Shown here: piece after piece, positions 11,107 to 23,939 of the stretch
Layout of the letters: each line of letters starts with the position of its first letter
Position numbering within the stretch: position 1 is the stretch's first letter
Assembly (NCBI GenBank): GCA_040905565.1
Contig: JBBDRF010000012.1
Coordinates: 1-64,000 of the forward strand
Direction of reading: 5' to 3'
From: Phycisphaeraceae bacterium
Lineage (GTDB): Bacteria > Planctomycetota > Phycisphaerae > Phycisphaerales > Zrk34
DNA length: 64,000 bases
Made by a program: the position numbers and the translations under genes
The notes under the pieces: generated by a model
What the model saw: the letters and a program-made list of their open reading frames with translations, nothing else
What the model was told of the DNA's origin: nothing
The model's database searches: none

Positions 11107-11455
11107 GGCTATCCTTCCCCAGCCGATCCCCAATCGGCGATGCTTTCTGCAATAAGTTTATGATACCCGCTCGGGTGCCGAGGGGCAGGGCGATTGTCCT
11201 CTTTCGAACCGAGACGATGACCCGGCCGCCGATTTCTGCCGCTCACTAATAAATAGCAGCCATTTATTGTTTATCAACGGAAAACTGAGATTCTCGGTTG
11301 ATCAACGGCCCGTCGAGGCTATGAACTTCAGGGACTTGTTCCCGTTTCGCCAGACGAAGGCGTCTGGTGGATCGTGAGATAAACCACTGGGCATTGGTTT
11401 CGGCGGTGGGTATCGTAGTGGGTAGAACTGCGGTGTTCAGCTTGTCGAGGTGCAC

Positions 11456-11974
11456 ATGGAGCGTGATGAAACGTTCGTTCAAGAGCTGCTTAACAGCCAG
11501 ACGCGACTTCACGCTTTCATTCTGTCCCTATTGGCGGACCGAGCCGCTGCGGACGACGTGTTGCAGGAAACGAACATGGTACTGTGGCGAAAAGCCGAGG
11601 AATTCAAGGCGGGCACACGGTTTACGGCGTGGGCGATGAAGGTCGCGCATTTCCAGGTGCTGGCGTACCTGCGGAAGCGCGGGCGCGATCGCCATTGCTT
11701 CGACGCGGAGACGCTCGATCGGCTGGCGCACACAGTTAAAGAACGCGCCGGGCGTTTTGAGCACATACGCGACGCGCTTCATGATTGCGTCGCCGGCCTT
11801 TCGCCGGTGCAGCGTGAACTTCTCAACCGTCGTTACTACCTCGAGCAGTCGCTGCGGACGATTTCGGATCAGACGGGTCGACCTGCGGGGTCGATCGCCC
11901 AGACGCTCTACCGGGTCCGGGCGGTTTTGCTGCGTTGTATCGATCGTCGAGCGGCGCGGGGAGAGGCGTCATGA
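11456..11974 (+). CDS. ECF sigma-70 factor (Rhodopirellula/Verrucomicrobium-type)
   Basis: QTRLHAFILSLL, ADDVLQETNMVLWRK, FTAWAMKVA, region 4 LYRVRAVLLRCI. Confidence 0.9.
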   Translation: MERDETFVQELLNSQTRLHAFILSLLADRAAADDVLQETNMVLWRKAEEFKAGTRFTAWAMKVAHFQVLAYLRKRGRDRHCFDAETLDRLAHTVKERAGRFEHIRDALHDCVAGLSPVQRELLNRRYYLEQSLRTISDQTGRPAGSIAQTLYRVRAVLLRCIDRRAARGEAS

Positions 11975-13476
11975 GCGAGTCGCCCAGAGATGATGAACCG
12001 CTGCTCGATCTGCTGCTTGACGGCGCCTTAGGCGAGGAAGACGCGGAGCATCTGGCGCGCCTGTTGCGAGACGATGAGGATGCACGGCAGCGTTACGTCG
12101 ATCACATGTTGCTTCATTCAGCGCTGCGGCCGGCAACGGCATGGCCGGACCTTCAGGAAAGTGGGCTTGGCAGCCGTGCGGGAGACGACGCGTCGAAAAC
12201 CAGCTGGCGACTGAACGGCGGGCGCGGTCTGCTGGCGGCGTCCGTTGCCGGCGTGGTACTGCTTGCCATCGTGAGCTTTGCGATGCTGACGGGTGAGGAT
12301 CGCCCGCTGGCTGATGTGCCGAACGAGACCGTGGCTGTGTTGCAAAGCGAGCGCGAAGCGCGGTGGGACGCGATGGTGCCGTTGATGGTGGGCGATCGGC
12401 TGGAGACGCAGACGTTGCGGTTGACCTCGGGCGTGGCGGAGGTGGCGTTCGACAACGGTGCCGTGGTGACGATCGAAGGGCCTTGCGAGTTTGTGATTGC
12501 GGGACCGGATCACGCGTTTCTGAGGCAGGGCCGGGTGCAGGCCTACGTTCCTGAGGAAGCGCAGGGGTTTGTGATTGATTCGGTGGGGTTCAAGGTGGTC
12601 GATCTGGGAACGCGGTTCGTCGCGGAAGTCGATGCCACCGGTGCCGGGCGGGTGGGGGTGATTGATGGCGAAGTGGAACTGCTGTCAGGCGACGCGTCGC
12701 ATCGGTTGTTCACGGGGCAAGGATCCTCCATTGATACGGCCAGCCGAGTTGCGGCACTGGTGAACGTGGATGACCTGCTCAATCCGTCGTCGCATCCTTC
12801 TTACCGCCGATGGCTGGCGCATACGCAGGAGTTGCGGAAAGACCAGTCACTGCTGCTGTATTACACCTTTGAGTCGATCGCGGAGGATACCGAGGTCGTC
12901 AAAGATCTATCCGGCTCGGGAAACGACGGCCGGATGCAGAACGTTCAGCCTGGGACGGGGCGGCTCACCGGCAAACCCTCCGCAGAACTCCGCGAAGAAG
13001 GCAGCGGTATCGCCACCGACATCCCCGGCAGCTATGAGGCGCTCACCATGGCGATGTGGGTGAATATCGACGCGGTGACGCAACGGCATGTGTCGCTGGT
13101 GCAGACCGACGGGTACGATCACCGCGAGCCGCACTGGAACTTCAGCGACGACGGCACGATGACCCTCGGCATCTCCGGGGCTGGCTTCGCCACCAGCAGT
13201 CCGCTGATTACCTCGACGAACTTCGGACGGTGGATGCATCTTGCCGCGGTGTGGGACGGCGAGACCGGCGCTGCCACGCTGTACATGGACGGCAGGCCCG
13301 TGAGGATCGGGCGTATGGACATGACGCAACCGGTGATCCTCGGCCCGGCGCGGATCGGCAACTGGAACGTCGCCGCGAGGCCGGTCCGCGGCCGCATCGA
13401 CGAGGTCGCCATCTGGGAGCGGGCGCTCGACGCAGAGGAAATTCGCGAACTTCACGCCATCGGCGCTGACCGCTGA
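11971..13476 (+). CDS. FecR-domain anti-sigma factor with C-terminal LamG-like jellyroll
   Basis: ATGA overlap with the sigma gene, a TM segment, FecR motifs (LTSGVAEVAFDNGA, VVDLGTRF, GEVEL) and LamG motifs (WMHLAAVWD, GRIDEVAIWERAL). Confidence 0.85.
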   Translation: MSESPRDDEPLLDLLLDGALGEEDAEHLARLLRDDEDARQRYVDHMLLHSALRPATAWPDLQESGLGSRAGDDASKTSWRLNGGRGLLAASVAGVVLLAIVSFAMLTGEDRPLADVPNETVAVLQSEREARWDAMVPLMVGDRLETQTLRLTSGVAEVAFDNGAVVTIEGPCEFVIAGPDHAFLRQGRVQAYVPEEAQGFVIDSVGFKVVDLGTRFVAEVDATGAGRVGVIDGEVELLSGDASHRLFTGQGSSIDTASRVAALVNVDDLLNPSSHPSYRRWLAHTQELRKDQSLLLYYTFESIAEDTEVVKDLSGSGNDGRMQNVQPGTGRLTGKPSAELREEGSGIATDIPGSYEALTMAMWVNIDAVTQRHVSLVQTDGYDHREPHWNFSDDGTMTLGISGAGFATSSPLITSTNFGRWMHLAAVWDGETGAATLYMDGRPVRIGRMDMTQPVILGPARIGNWNVAARPVRGRIDEVAIWERALDAEEIRELHAIGADR

Positions 13477-13496
13477 TTCACAGGAATGGGGAATGC

Positions 13497-16571
<3,075 letters not shown>

Positions 16572-16577
16572 ACCGGC

Positions 16578-18044
16578 ATGCAGCCGCACAGCCCATTCGA
16601 TCCGAACCTGATGCTCACCCGTCGCCAGATGTTTCGACAGGGCGGCCTGGGCCTGGGAGCCGTGGCGCTCGGTTCGCTGATGAACGGCGACCTTCACGCT
16701 GCCAACCAGCCGCGGAATGCGTTCGGCGGCCTGGAGAGCCTGCCGCACTTCGCCCCCAAAGCCAAGCGGGTGATCTACATGTGCATGGGCGGCGGCCCGT
16801 CGCAGGTGGACCTGTTCGATTACAAACCGGACCTCAAAAACCTCCACGGCAAAGACCTCCCGGATTCCGTCCGAGGCGGCCAGCGGCTTACGGGCATGAC
16901 TGCAGGCCAGAGCAGTTTTCCCGTTGCCCAGCCCATCGCCCCGTTCTCGCGCTATGGGAAGTCCGGCACGTGGCTGAGCAATCTCATCCCGTGGCACGGG
17001 CGGATCGTCGACGACATCACCATCGTCAAATCCGTCCACACCCACCAGATCAACCACGACCCCGCCATCACCTTCTTCCTCACCGGCAATCAGCAGCCGG
17101 GCAGCCCCAGCATCGGCTCATGGGCCAGCTACGGCCTCGGCAGTGAGAACCGCAATCTGCCCGCGTTCGTCGTCCTGCTTTCACGCAACGACTACCCGCA
17201 AGCGCAGCCGCTGTACGATCGTCTGTGGGGGGCGGGCTTCCTCCCGAGCCAGTACCAGGGCGTGCGGTTTCGTGGTGGAGGTGAGCCCGTGCTGAACCTT
17301 CACGATCCTTCCGGCGCTACGCGGAAAGATCACCGACAGATGCTCGACGCGCTCGGCGAACTGAACACCCTCAAGCATGCCGAGGTGGGTGATCCGGAGA
17401 TTCATACCCGCATCGCCGCTTACGAAATGGCCTACCGCATGCAGATGTCGGTGCCGGAACTGGCGGACTTTTCCGACGAGCCCGAGAGCACGTTTGAACT
17501 CTACGGCGAAGAGGCGAAACAGCCGGGCACCTATGCTGCGAACTGCCTGCTCGCACGCCGACTCGCCGAGCGCGATGTCCGATTTATTCAGCTATTCCAG
17601 AGGGGCTGGGACCATCACTCGCAGTTGCCCCATTGGCACCCGAGGCTGTGCGAGACCGTCGACCGCGCCTCGGCGGCACTCGTACTCGATCTCAAGCAAC
17701 GCGGTCTGCTGGACGACACCCTCGTGGTCTGGGGCGGCGAGTTCGGACGAACCATCTATTCGCAGGGGGCGCTTCAGGGCACCGGCTACGGACGCGATCA
17801 TCACCCGCGCTGCTTCACCGTCTGGATGGCGGGCGGCGGCGTCAAGGCAGGCTACTCACACGGCAAGACCGACGAGTACTGCTACAACATCGAAGAAGGT
17901 GCGGTGGACGTTAACGAACTCAACGCCACCATCCTCCACTGCATGGGTATCAATCCGCAGCGCTTCAGCTACCGCTTCCAGGGCCTCAACCAACGCCTCA
18001 TCGGCGTGGAGCCCGTCGAAGTCGCACGCGATCTGCTGGCGTAA
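16578..18044 (+). CDS. DUF1501 family protein (Tat-like N-terminus)
   Basis: TRRQMF, AKRVIYMCMGGGPSQVDLFDYKP, WDHH, WGGEFGRT, GRDHHP. Confidence 0.9.
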   Translation: MQPHSPFDPNLMLTRRQMFRQGGLGLGAVALGSLMNGDLHAANQPRNAFGGLESLPHFAPKAKRVIYMCMGGGPSQVDLFDYKPDLKNLHGKDLPDSVRGGQRLTGMTAGQSSFPVAQPIAPFSRYGKSGTWLSNLIPWHGRIVDDITIVKSVHTHQINHDPAITFFLTGNQQPGSPSIGSWASYGLGSENRNLPAFVVLLSRNDYPQAQPLYDRLWGAGFLPSQYQGVRFRGGGEPVLNLHDPSGATRKDHRQMLDALGELNTLKHAEVGDPEIHTRIAAYEMAYRMQMSVPELADFSDEPESTFELYGEEAKQPGTYAANCLLARRLAERDVRFIQLFQRGWDHHSQLPHWHPRLCETVDRASAALVLDLKQRGLLDDTLVVWGGEFGRTIYSQGALQGTGYGRDHHPRCFTVWMAGGGVKAGYSHGKTDEYCYNIEEGAVDVNELNATILHCMGINPQRFSYRFQGLNQRLIGVEPVEVARDLLA

Positions 18045-18071
18045 GCCGCTGCACAGACAACGGATCATCAT

Positions 18072-18107
18072 AAAAAAGCCACGGCTTCCCTTATAGGAAG
18101 CCGTGGC
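18072..18107 (-). terminator. Intrinsic terminator between convergent genes
   Basis: GCCACGGCTTCC-cttata-GGAAGCCGTGGC 12-bp stem. The A6 run at 18072-18077 gives the U tail on the minus strand. Confidence 0.8.
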
Positions 18108-18129
18108 GGAAAAAAAGCTGATTCACAAC

Positions 18130-19008
18130 TCAGTGCCGACGGCGACGCAGCAGCGCCAGGCCGCCGATTCCCAGCAGCGCCATGCTCGCGGGCTCGGGGA
18201 TGACGGTGACCTCCTGAAATTCGGAGATCGATGCCGAGCGAATGATGCCGTCGAACCCACGCACGACGTTGTCGCCGTTGTTCGACGCACCAATTCGCAG
18301 GCCCGTGTCGGGATTGATCACCGTGTCGAACCCTCCGGCCGCGTTGAGAGGAACTTCGGAGCCGTCGATGAACAACTTCCACGCTCCGTCGAAAATGACT
18401 TCGAGATGTTGATCAACACCCGGTGTTAGACCGCCACCCTGAGTTGGATCCGCCGAGAACAAAACGACGCCGGGGATATGGATGGCCCAGTTAGGCGTGC
18501 CGTCCGCACCACCTGCGGTATTGAACGTCTGCAGCATAACGCTGGTACCGGGTGTGAAGCCGATCTGCATGACGGTTGACTCGCCGTTGACATCCTCGCC
18601 GGTTCCGGGGACGCCCGTGCCGCCGAACGCAGGGTCGATACCGGCCGATGTTGAGGGGATGGCGTTGAGGTTGACCACGGCGCTGAACCCCCAATGCGCA
18701 GAATTGGTCAGCCCGATCGTGCCGGTCGTGTTTTCATAGTAGTTCTGCGCGAAGTTGTTGAGGTTGCCGCCGGCGTTGGCGAAGTCAATCCCGGTGCCGG
18801 CGCTGTCGTGGTTCAGCGAGCCCACGGCGTCGAGGCTGAAACCGGCGACGGTGTCGACGGTGGGATCCGGCGCGGTTGTGCCGGCTGTTCCGGCGAAATC
18901 CCACGAGTGCAGCACCGTCATCGCCGCCGAGGCCGTGCTGGCGAGGCCGAAGGAGGCACCCAGTGCCACCGCCACTGCGATTGTCTTGAGAGGGGATTTG
19001 CTCCGCAT
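18130..19008 (-). CDS. PEP-CTERM surface protein, probable LamG-like beta-sandwich
   Basis: Signal peptide ending ASA; IPEPASMALLGIGGLALLRRRRH; WKLFIDG...FDGII LamG-like tail. Confidence 0.88.
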   Translation of the reverse strand: MRSKSPLKTIAVAVALGASFGLASTASAAMTVLHSWDFAGTAGTTAPDPTVDTVAGFSLDAVGSLNHDSAGTGIDFANAGGNLNNFAQNYYENTTGTIGLTNSAHWGFSAVVNLNAIPSTSAGIDPAFGGTGVPGTGEDVNGESTVMQIGFTPGTSVMLQTFNTAGGADGTPNWAIHIPGVVLFSADPTQGGGLTPGVDQHLEVIFDGAWKLFIDGSEVPLNAAGGFDTVINPDTGLRIGASNNGDNVVRGFDGIIRSASISEFQEVTVIPEPASMALLGIGGLALLRRRRH

Positions 19009-19265
19009 GATAAGTTCCTGCTTTTGAGAAGGTTGCTTTGGAACGCCTGGTTACTGATGCTGGCACTTCTGGGTCACTTCTTTGTGCTTAGTATACAATC
19101 TCTCCGGTGCTTCGCAAGAAAAAAGTCAAGAAAGTAGCATTAACCTGCCACGCCGGTTAAAGCACAACACCCCATAACCGCTCCGGCCGGAATCCCCCTC
19201 CGCACGCGCGACATTCTGTGTTATAAGGGATGCCACCTCGAAATCATCAGAAGGTAACCAACGCC

Positions 19266-21332
19266 ATGGCCTATCCTCAGTTCGCTGCCCGCATCACCGT
19301 TGCCGCGCTCACGGTGCTCATTGGTTCCGCAGCCTTCGCTCACGAGAATGACGATCACAGCCACGACCACGCGGCCGAGGAATACACCTTCGGCGACGAC
19401 ACCCACGCCTACCCCGAGCCCCGGGACGCCGGCGATGGCGAGGCGTGGTACCGAGGCAACCTCCACACCCACACGCTCTGGAGCGACGGCGACCATTTCC
19501 CCGAAGTCGTCACACAGTGGTACGTCGAGAACGGCTATCACTTCCTCGCGCTTTCGGATCACAACGTGATGCTCCGAGGTGAGCGGTGGATCAACGCGCG
19601 AACGAACGGCCACATCCGGCGGCATGATCACCTTGAGCCGGTGGAGCTATATAAAGGACGTTTTGGGGATGATTGGGTCGTCACGCGGGAGAACTCAGCC
19701 GGTGATCTCGAGGTCCGCCTGAAGACGCTCGAAGAGTTCCGGGGCCTTTTCGAGCGGCCGGGGCGCTTCCTCATGATCGAATCATCGGAGATCACCCAAG
19801 GCGCTCACGTCGTCCACGTTAATGCCACGAACCTGGCGGAGGCGATTCAGCCCAGGATCGGCAACACCGTGGAAGAGACGATCCGCCTCAGCGTCGAAGC
19901 TGTTCACCAGCAGTCGCGTGAAACGGGCCAGCCGATGCTGCCGCACCTGAATCATCCGAACTTCATTTATGCCGTGACCGCTGAGGACATGATCGCCGTT
20001 GAGCGACTGAATTTTTTCGAGGTTTACAACGGACACCGAGGCGTCGCGAACCTGGGCAACGACATTCGCATCGATCTTGATCGCATGTGGGACATCGTGC
20101 TGACCAGGCGACTCGCTGAGGAGAACGGCCGCATCATGTACGGCCTTGCCGTCGACGACTCGCATCATTATGAAAACAGCAACAGTGAGGTCGCCCGCCC
20201 CGGCCGCGGATGGATTGTCGTGCGGGCGGCGGAGCTCACGGCTGAGAATCTGGTCGCCGGCATGGCGGCTGGCGACTTCTACGCCACCACGGGCGTCACG
20301 ATGGCCGAGATCGATGCCACGGCCGATCATCTGCATGTCGCTGTCGATACCGCGTCGGATCCGGATGCGGAGTACACCATCCAGTTCATCGGCACCCGCG
20401 AAGGCTACGATCCCTCCCACGAACCGGTTATGGCGCAAGGGGCGATCGGGAAGATCGCCGACGTCACTGACGCATGGGTTTTCGTTCAGGCGGTGGCGGA
20501 TCGCGAGACAGGTGAGCAGACGCTACGCGTTTACGATAAGGACAACGACCAGTGGCACGAAGCGTCTATCGCGATGCCTGAAGGGGCCACGCGTCCGACA
20601 GGGCAACTGTATCTGCCGAGCCACGCGAGCCGCTATCCCTTCAGGGGCCAGATGCACAACGTTCGCTTCTGGCACAGCGCCCGCACCCAGGCCGAGGCCG
20701 AGCGCGACATGCAGCGGAAACTGACCGGCACGGAAGAAGGGCTCGTCGGCTACTGGCCCCTGGACGAGACCACCGGGCAGCGCGGGCGTGACCTCGTCGG
20801 CGAACGCCACGCCACCATCCACAGCGGTCGTCTCGAAGAAATCGACGGCATCAACGCACTTGCCACCGACGGACGGGCCGACCACGGTGAAGTGCCCAAT
20901 GCCTCCCCGCTCGCGCCGGGCGATGAAAGCTTTACGCTTGAAATGTGGGTCAAAACCGATTCCCGCGCCCACGGGTGGAACCTGCCCCTCGAATGGGTCG
21001 GCGGCGACCGCATCTACGTCGGCCAGGATGTCGGCGATGGTTGGAACTTCGTCGTCACCACCGACGGCGTACGGACCGACACGCAGGACGGCCCCGGCGA
21101 ACTCACGGAGATCCGCACCACCCACCGCTACAGCGACGACATCGGTCAGGTCCTTTACGAGACGACCGGCCACGAGGCAACGTATGAATTTGAAGGCGAC
21201 GAGATTTACGTCCGCGCCCGCGTGATCTCTTCCGAGCTTCACCCCAACCCGTACGTCGAAGGCGAACGCAAGCAGGCGTGGATCCAGCCCGTAATCCCCG
21301 GCGAAGGGCTGCGGCAGGTTCCCTCACCCTGA
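19266..21332 (+). CDS. Secreted PHP-fold metallohydrolase with inserted LamG-like domain
   Basis: Signal peptide, His-rich HENDDHSHDH, WYRGNLHTHTLWSDG, LSDHN, LNHPN, FEVYNGH, DDSHHY. Confidence 0.8.
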   Translation: MAYPQFAARITVAALTVLIGSAAFAHENDDHSHDHAAEEYTFGDDTHAYPEPRDAGDGEAWYRGNLHTHTLWSDGDHFPEVVTQWYVENGYHFLALSDHNVMLRGERWINARTNGHIRRHDHLEPVELYKGRFGDDWVVTRENSAGDLEVRLKTLEEFRGLFERPGRFLMIESSEITQGAHVVHVNATNLAEAIQPRIGNTVEETIRLSVEAVHQQSRETGQPMLPHLNHPNFIYAVTAEDMIAVERLNFFEVYNGHRGVANLGNDIRIDLDRMWDIVLTRRLAEENGRIMYGLAVDDSHHYENSNSEVARPGRGWIVVRAAELTAENLVAGMAAGDFYATTGVTMAEIDATADHLHVAVDTASDPDAEYTIQFIGTREGYDPSHEPVMAQGAIGKIADVTDAWVFVQAVADRETGEQTLRVYDKDNDQWHEASIAMPEGATRPTGQLYLPSHASRYPFRGQMHNVRFWHSARTQAEAERDMQRKLTGTEEGLVGYWPLDETTGQRGRDLVGERHATIHSGRLEEIDGINALATDGRADHGEVPNASPLAPGDESFTLEMWVKTDSRAHGWNLPLEWVGGDRIYVGQDVGDGWNFVVTTDGVRTDTQDGPGELTEIRTTHRYSDDIGQVLYETTGHEATYEFEGDEIYVRARVISSELHPNPYVEGERKQAWIQPVIPGEGLRQVPSP

Positions 21333-21358
21333 CCTTCGTTTGTATTGCGGTGCCGTTC

Positions 21359-21838
21359 TTAGGGACGGCGCCAGTCGGGGGCGAGTCGGACGGTGAGTTT
21401 GCGGATTTCGCCGTTGACGACGACGTCGGCCATCACCAGTTTGCGATTGCGTTCGGGCTGTAGCAGCTCGGCGACGGGGTAGGATTCGCCGAACTGGTTG
21501 GTGAAGCTTTCGATGTTGATGGGGCGGCCGCGTCCGACGGGGATGGTGTCGATGGGGGCGCCGTATTCGTGGTTGAGCCAGAGCTCAACGTTCTCGTATG
21601 CTCTGGGCGTGCGGTTATCGAGGCGAATGGCGTTGCCTTCGCGCACGATTTCGATGTTGAGCGGCTCGCCGATCGGCAGTTCCTGGGGATAGGCGCGTGC
21701 GACGTTGGGTGCGTCGAGTCGTTCGCCGCCGAACGGCATGGAGCAGCCGACGGTGAGCAAGAGCATGGCAGCGAGGAGGACCGCGGCGGGGGCGAGGGTG
21801 CGGAGGCCGACGTTGTTGGGCGAAGTGTGAGACATCAT
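21359..21838 (-). CDS. Hypothetical lipoprotein
   Basis: Hydrophobic signal ending in lipobox LTVGC; fills the gap between flanking genes. Confidence 0.65.
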   Translation of the reverse strand: MMSHTSPNNVGLRTLAPAAVLLAAMLLLTVGCSMPFGGERLDAPNVARAYPQELPIGEPLNIEIVREGNAIRLDNRTPRAYENVELWLNHEYGAPIDTIPVGRGRPINIESFTNQFGESYPVAELLQPERNRKLVMADVVVNGEIRKLTVRLAPDWRRP

Positions 21839-21846
21839 GGGGGTGG

Positions 21847-21860
21847 TGATGATATCATCA
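21847..21860. promoter_or_regulatory. Perfect 14-bp palindrome giving an extended -10 (TGnTATCAT) on both strands
   Basis: TGATGATATCATCA lies in the 29-nt gap between divergent ATGs at 21838(-) and 21868(+). Confidence 0.55.
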
Positions 21861-21867
21861 TTTTCCC

Positions 21868-22950
21868 ATGATCGCATCAGATGCAAAAAACACAGGTGAC
21901 GGCGCTAGCGGACCCGGTCCTGCTGTGGCTGAGGGGCCGCTGGATTGGGCGGCCGAGGCACCGTATTTCCAGGCGGGGCTTGCGGGGTATTCCGACGCAG
22001 CGATGCGGTTGATCGCACGGCGGCACGGTTCGCCTTACTGCATCACCGAGGCGATGCTGGACCAGTTTCTGATCAACGGCGGGAAGGGGCTGCAGGCGGC
22101 GGAGCTTGATGAGGAGGACCATCCGATCGCGGGGCAGCTGATGGGGTCGCACCCGGAGGACATCGCTGCGGGGGCGAAGATTCTGGTCGAGCTCGGTTAC
22201 GACGTGGTCGATATCAACCTGGCGTGTCCGGTGAAGAAGATTAAGAAGAAGTGCCGGGGCGGCCATCTGCTTAGTTCGCCTGGCGAAGCGATCGATATTC
22301 TGCGGGCGGTGCGTGATGCGGTCGGCGGCAGAGAGGGCGGCGGCGTGCCGTTGACGGTGAAGCTTCGACGAGCGTATGACGAGAGCGAAGTTTCGGAGGC
22401 GGCGTTTTACCAGATCTTCGAAGCGGCGATCGACCTGGGTTACAGCGGAGCGACGGTGCATGCGCGGACGGTGGAGCAGAAGTATTTGGGCCCCAGCCGG
22501 TGGCCGTTTCTGGCGGAGCTGACGCAGCGGTATCGCGATGAGATGACGCGGGGCTTTCGCATCTTCGGATCGGGTGACATTTTTACGCCTGAGTCGATCT
22601 TCGAGATGGTGAAGACCACGGGCGTGCAGGCTGCTTCGGTGGCGCGCGGGTGCATCGGCAACCCGTGGATCTTTCGGCAGGCACAGCAGCTGATGCGCGG
22701 CGAGGTGGCGACCCCGCCGACGCTGATGGAGCAACGCGAAGTGCTGCTGGAGCACTTTCAGCTTTCGGTGGATCTGCACGGCGAATCACAGGCGGGGCGG
22801 ATGATGCGGAAGTTCGGCATCAAATTCTCCGTGCACCATCCCGACGGCGATGCGGTCAAGAATGCGTTCATCCGCGTGAAGAATTTGAGCGATTGGCGGG
22901 CGGCACTCGATGCGTTCTATCCGCAGACTGATGTGCAGGGGGTCACGTAG
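21868..22950 (+). CDS. dusB: tRNA-dihydrouridine synthase (DusB-like)
   Basis: AGLAGYSD, GQLMGS, VDINLACPV, LTVKLR, TVHART, SGDI, ARGCIGNPWIF. Confidence 0.85.
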   Translation: MIASDAKNTGDGASGPGPAVAEGPLDWAAEAPYFQAGLAGYSDAAMRLIARRHGSPYCITEAMLDQFLINGGKGLQAAELDEEDHPIAGQLMGSHPEDIAAGAKILVELGYDVVDINLACPVKKIKKKCRGGHLLSSPGEAIDILRAVRDAVGGREGGGVPLTVKLRRAYDESEVSEAAFYQIFEAAIDLGYSGATVHARTVEQKYLGPSRWPFLAELTQRYRDEMTRGFRIFGSGDIFTPESIFEMVKTTGVQAASVARGCIGNPWIFRQAQQLMRGEVATPPTLMEQREVLLEHFQLSVDLHGESQAGRMMRKFGIKFSVHHPDGDAVKNAFIRVKNLSDWRAALDAFYPQTDVQGVT

Positions 22951-23715
22951 TTGGGCGGTCGACGGCTCGCGCTGATGGTGTTGATGACGCTCGGGCTGCT
23001 TAACGGTTGCTCGAAAGGGGCGTTCCTCACGCCATCGACAACGGACGTGGAGACGTCGCGGACGGCGACGCCGTTTGAAGCGCGATTCGTGGTCGGCGAA
23101 TCACTTGAAGGTCGACCCCTTGAAGTGGCGACGCTGGGCAGCGGCGATGAGGTGGTTCTGATCGTGGCGACGATTCATGGCAGTGAACCTGCGGGCACGC
23201 CGCTGTGTCAGCAGTTGATCGTGGAACTGCGTGAACGACCGGACCTGCTGGACGGACGGCGGGTGATTGTGATGCCGGTGGCGAATCCTGACGGCTTGCT
23301 CGCAAGCAGCCGCGGGAATCGGCGGGGGGTGGATCTCAATCGCAACTTCCCAGCCGCCAACCGCATCAACAGCGCACGTTTCGGGCATGAGGCCCTTTCC
23401 GAGCCTGAGGCCCGTGCCCTGTATCGCCTCGTCGACACGCAGCAGCCTGACCGCATCGTCAGCATTCATCAGCCACTCGCCTGCGTCGACTATGACGGCC
23501 CGGCCGAGGAGCTGGCACAGCGCATGAGTGAGGCTTCAGGCCTGATCGTTCGCAAGCTCGGCGCTCAACCGGGATCGCTGGGGGCGTACGTCGGCAACAC
23601 GCTTGGCCTGCCCATCGTCACCTTTGAACTGCCGCGCGACGCCCACCTGCAATCGAGAACAGAACTTTGGGAAAACTACGGCGAGGCGCTTCTGCAGGCC
23701 ATCGCCTACGACTGA
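22951..23715 (+). CDS. M14 zinc carboxypeptidase, MpaA-like murein peptide amidase (lipoprotein)
   Basis: LLNGC lipobox, IHGSE, NPDG, RGNRRGVDLNRNFP, SEPE, VSIHQP, TFELP. Confidence 0.85.
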   Translation: MGGRRLALMVLMTLGLLNGCSKGAFLTPSTTDVETSRTATPFEARFVVGESLEGRPLEVATLGSGDEVVLIVATIHGSEPAGTPLCQQLIVELRERPDLLDGRRVIVMPVANPDGLLASSRGNRRGVDLNRNFPAANRINSARFGHEALSEPEARALYRLVDTQQPDRIVSIHQPLACVDYDGPAEELAQRMSEASGLIVRKLGAQPGSLGAYVGNTLGLPIVTFELPRDAHLQSRTELWENYGEALLQAIAYD

Positions 23716-23939
23716 GGCTGGGGCGTGAGCACGTTTTAGACCACGCTGGTGACGCATGTAAAAACCAACGGCACCGTTCGACCGGCTCGGCGGGGCGTTT
23801 GCGAACAGGCGGTGGCGATAAAGCACGTGAAGGATGAGCCCCGATCGGGCATAATGGGCGGCACACGCGACGCGGGCGGCTGACGGCTGGTACGCCCACA
23901 AACCCCTTTCGCCTCCCACGCCTCCTTCAGGAGACGCTG

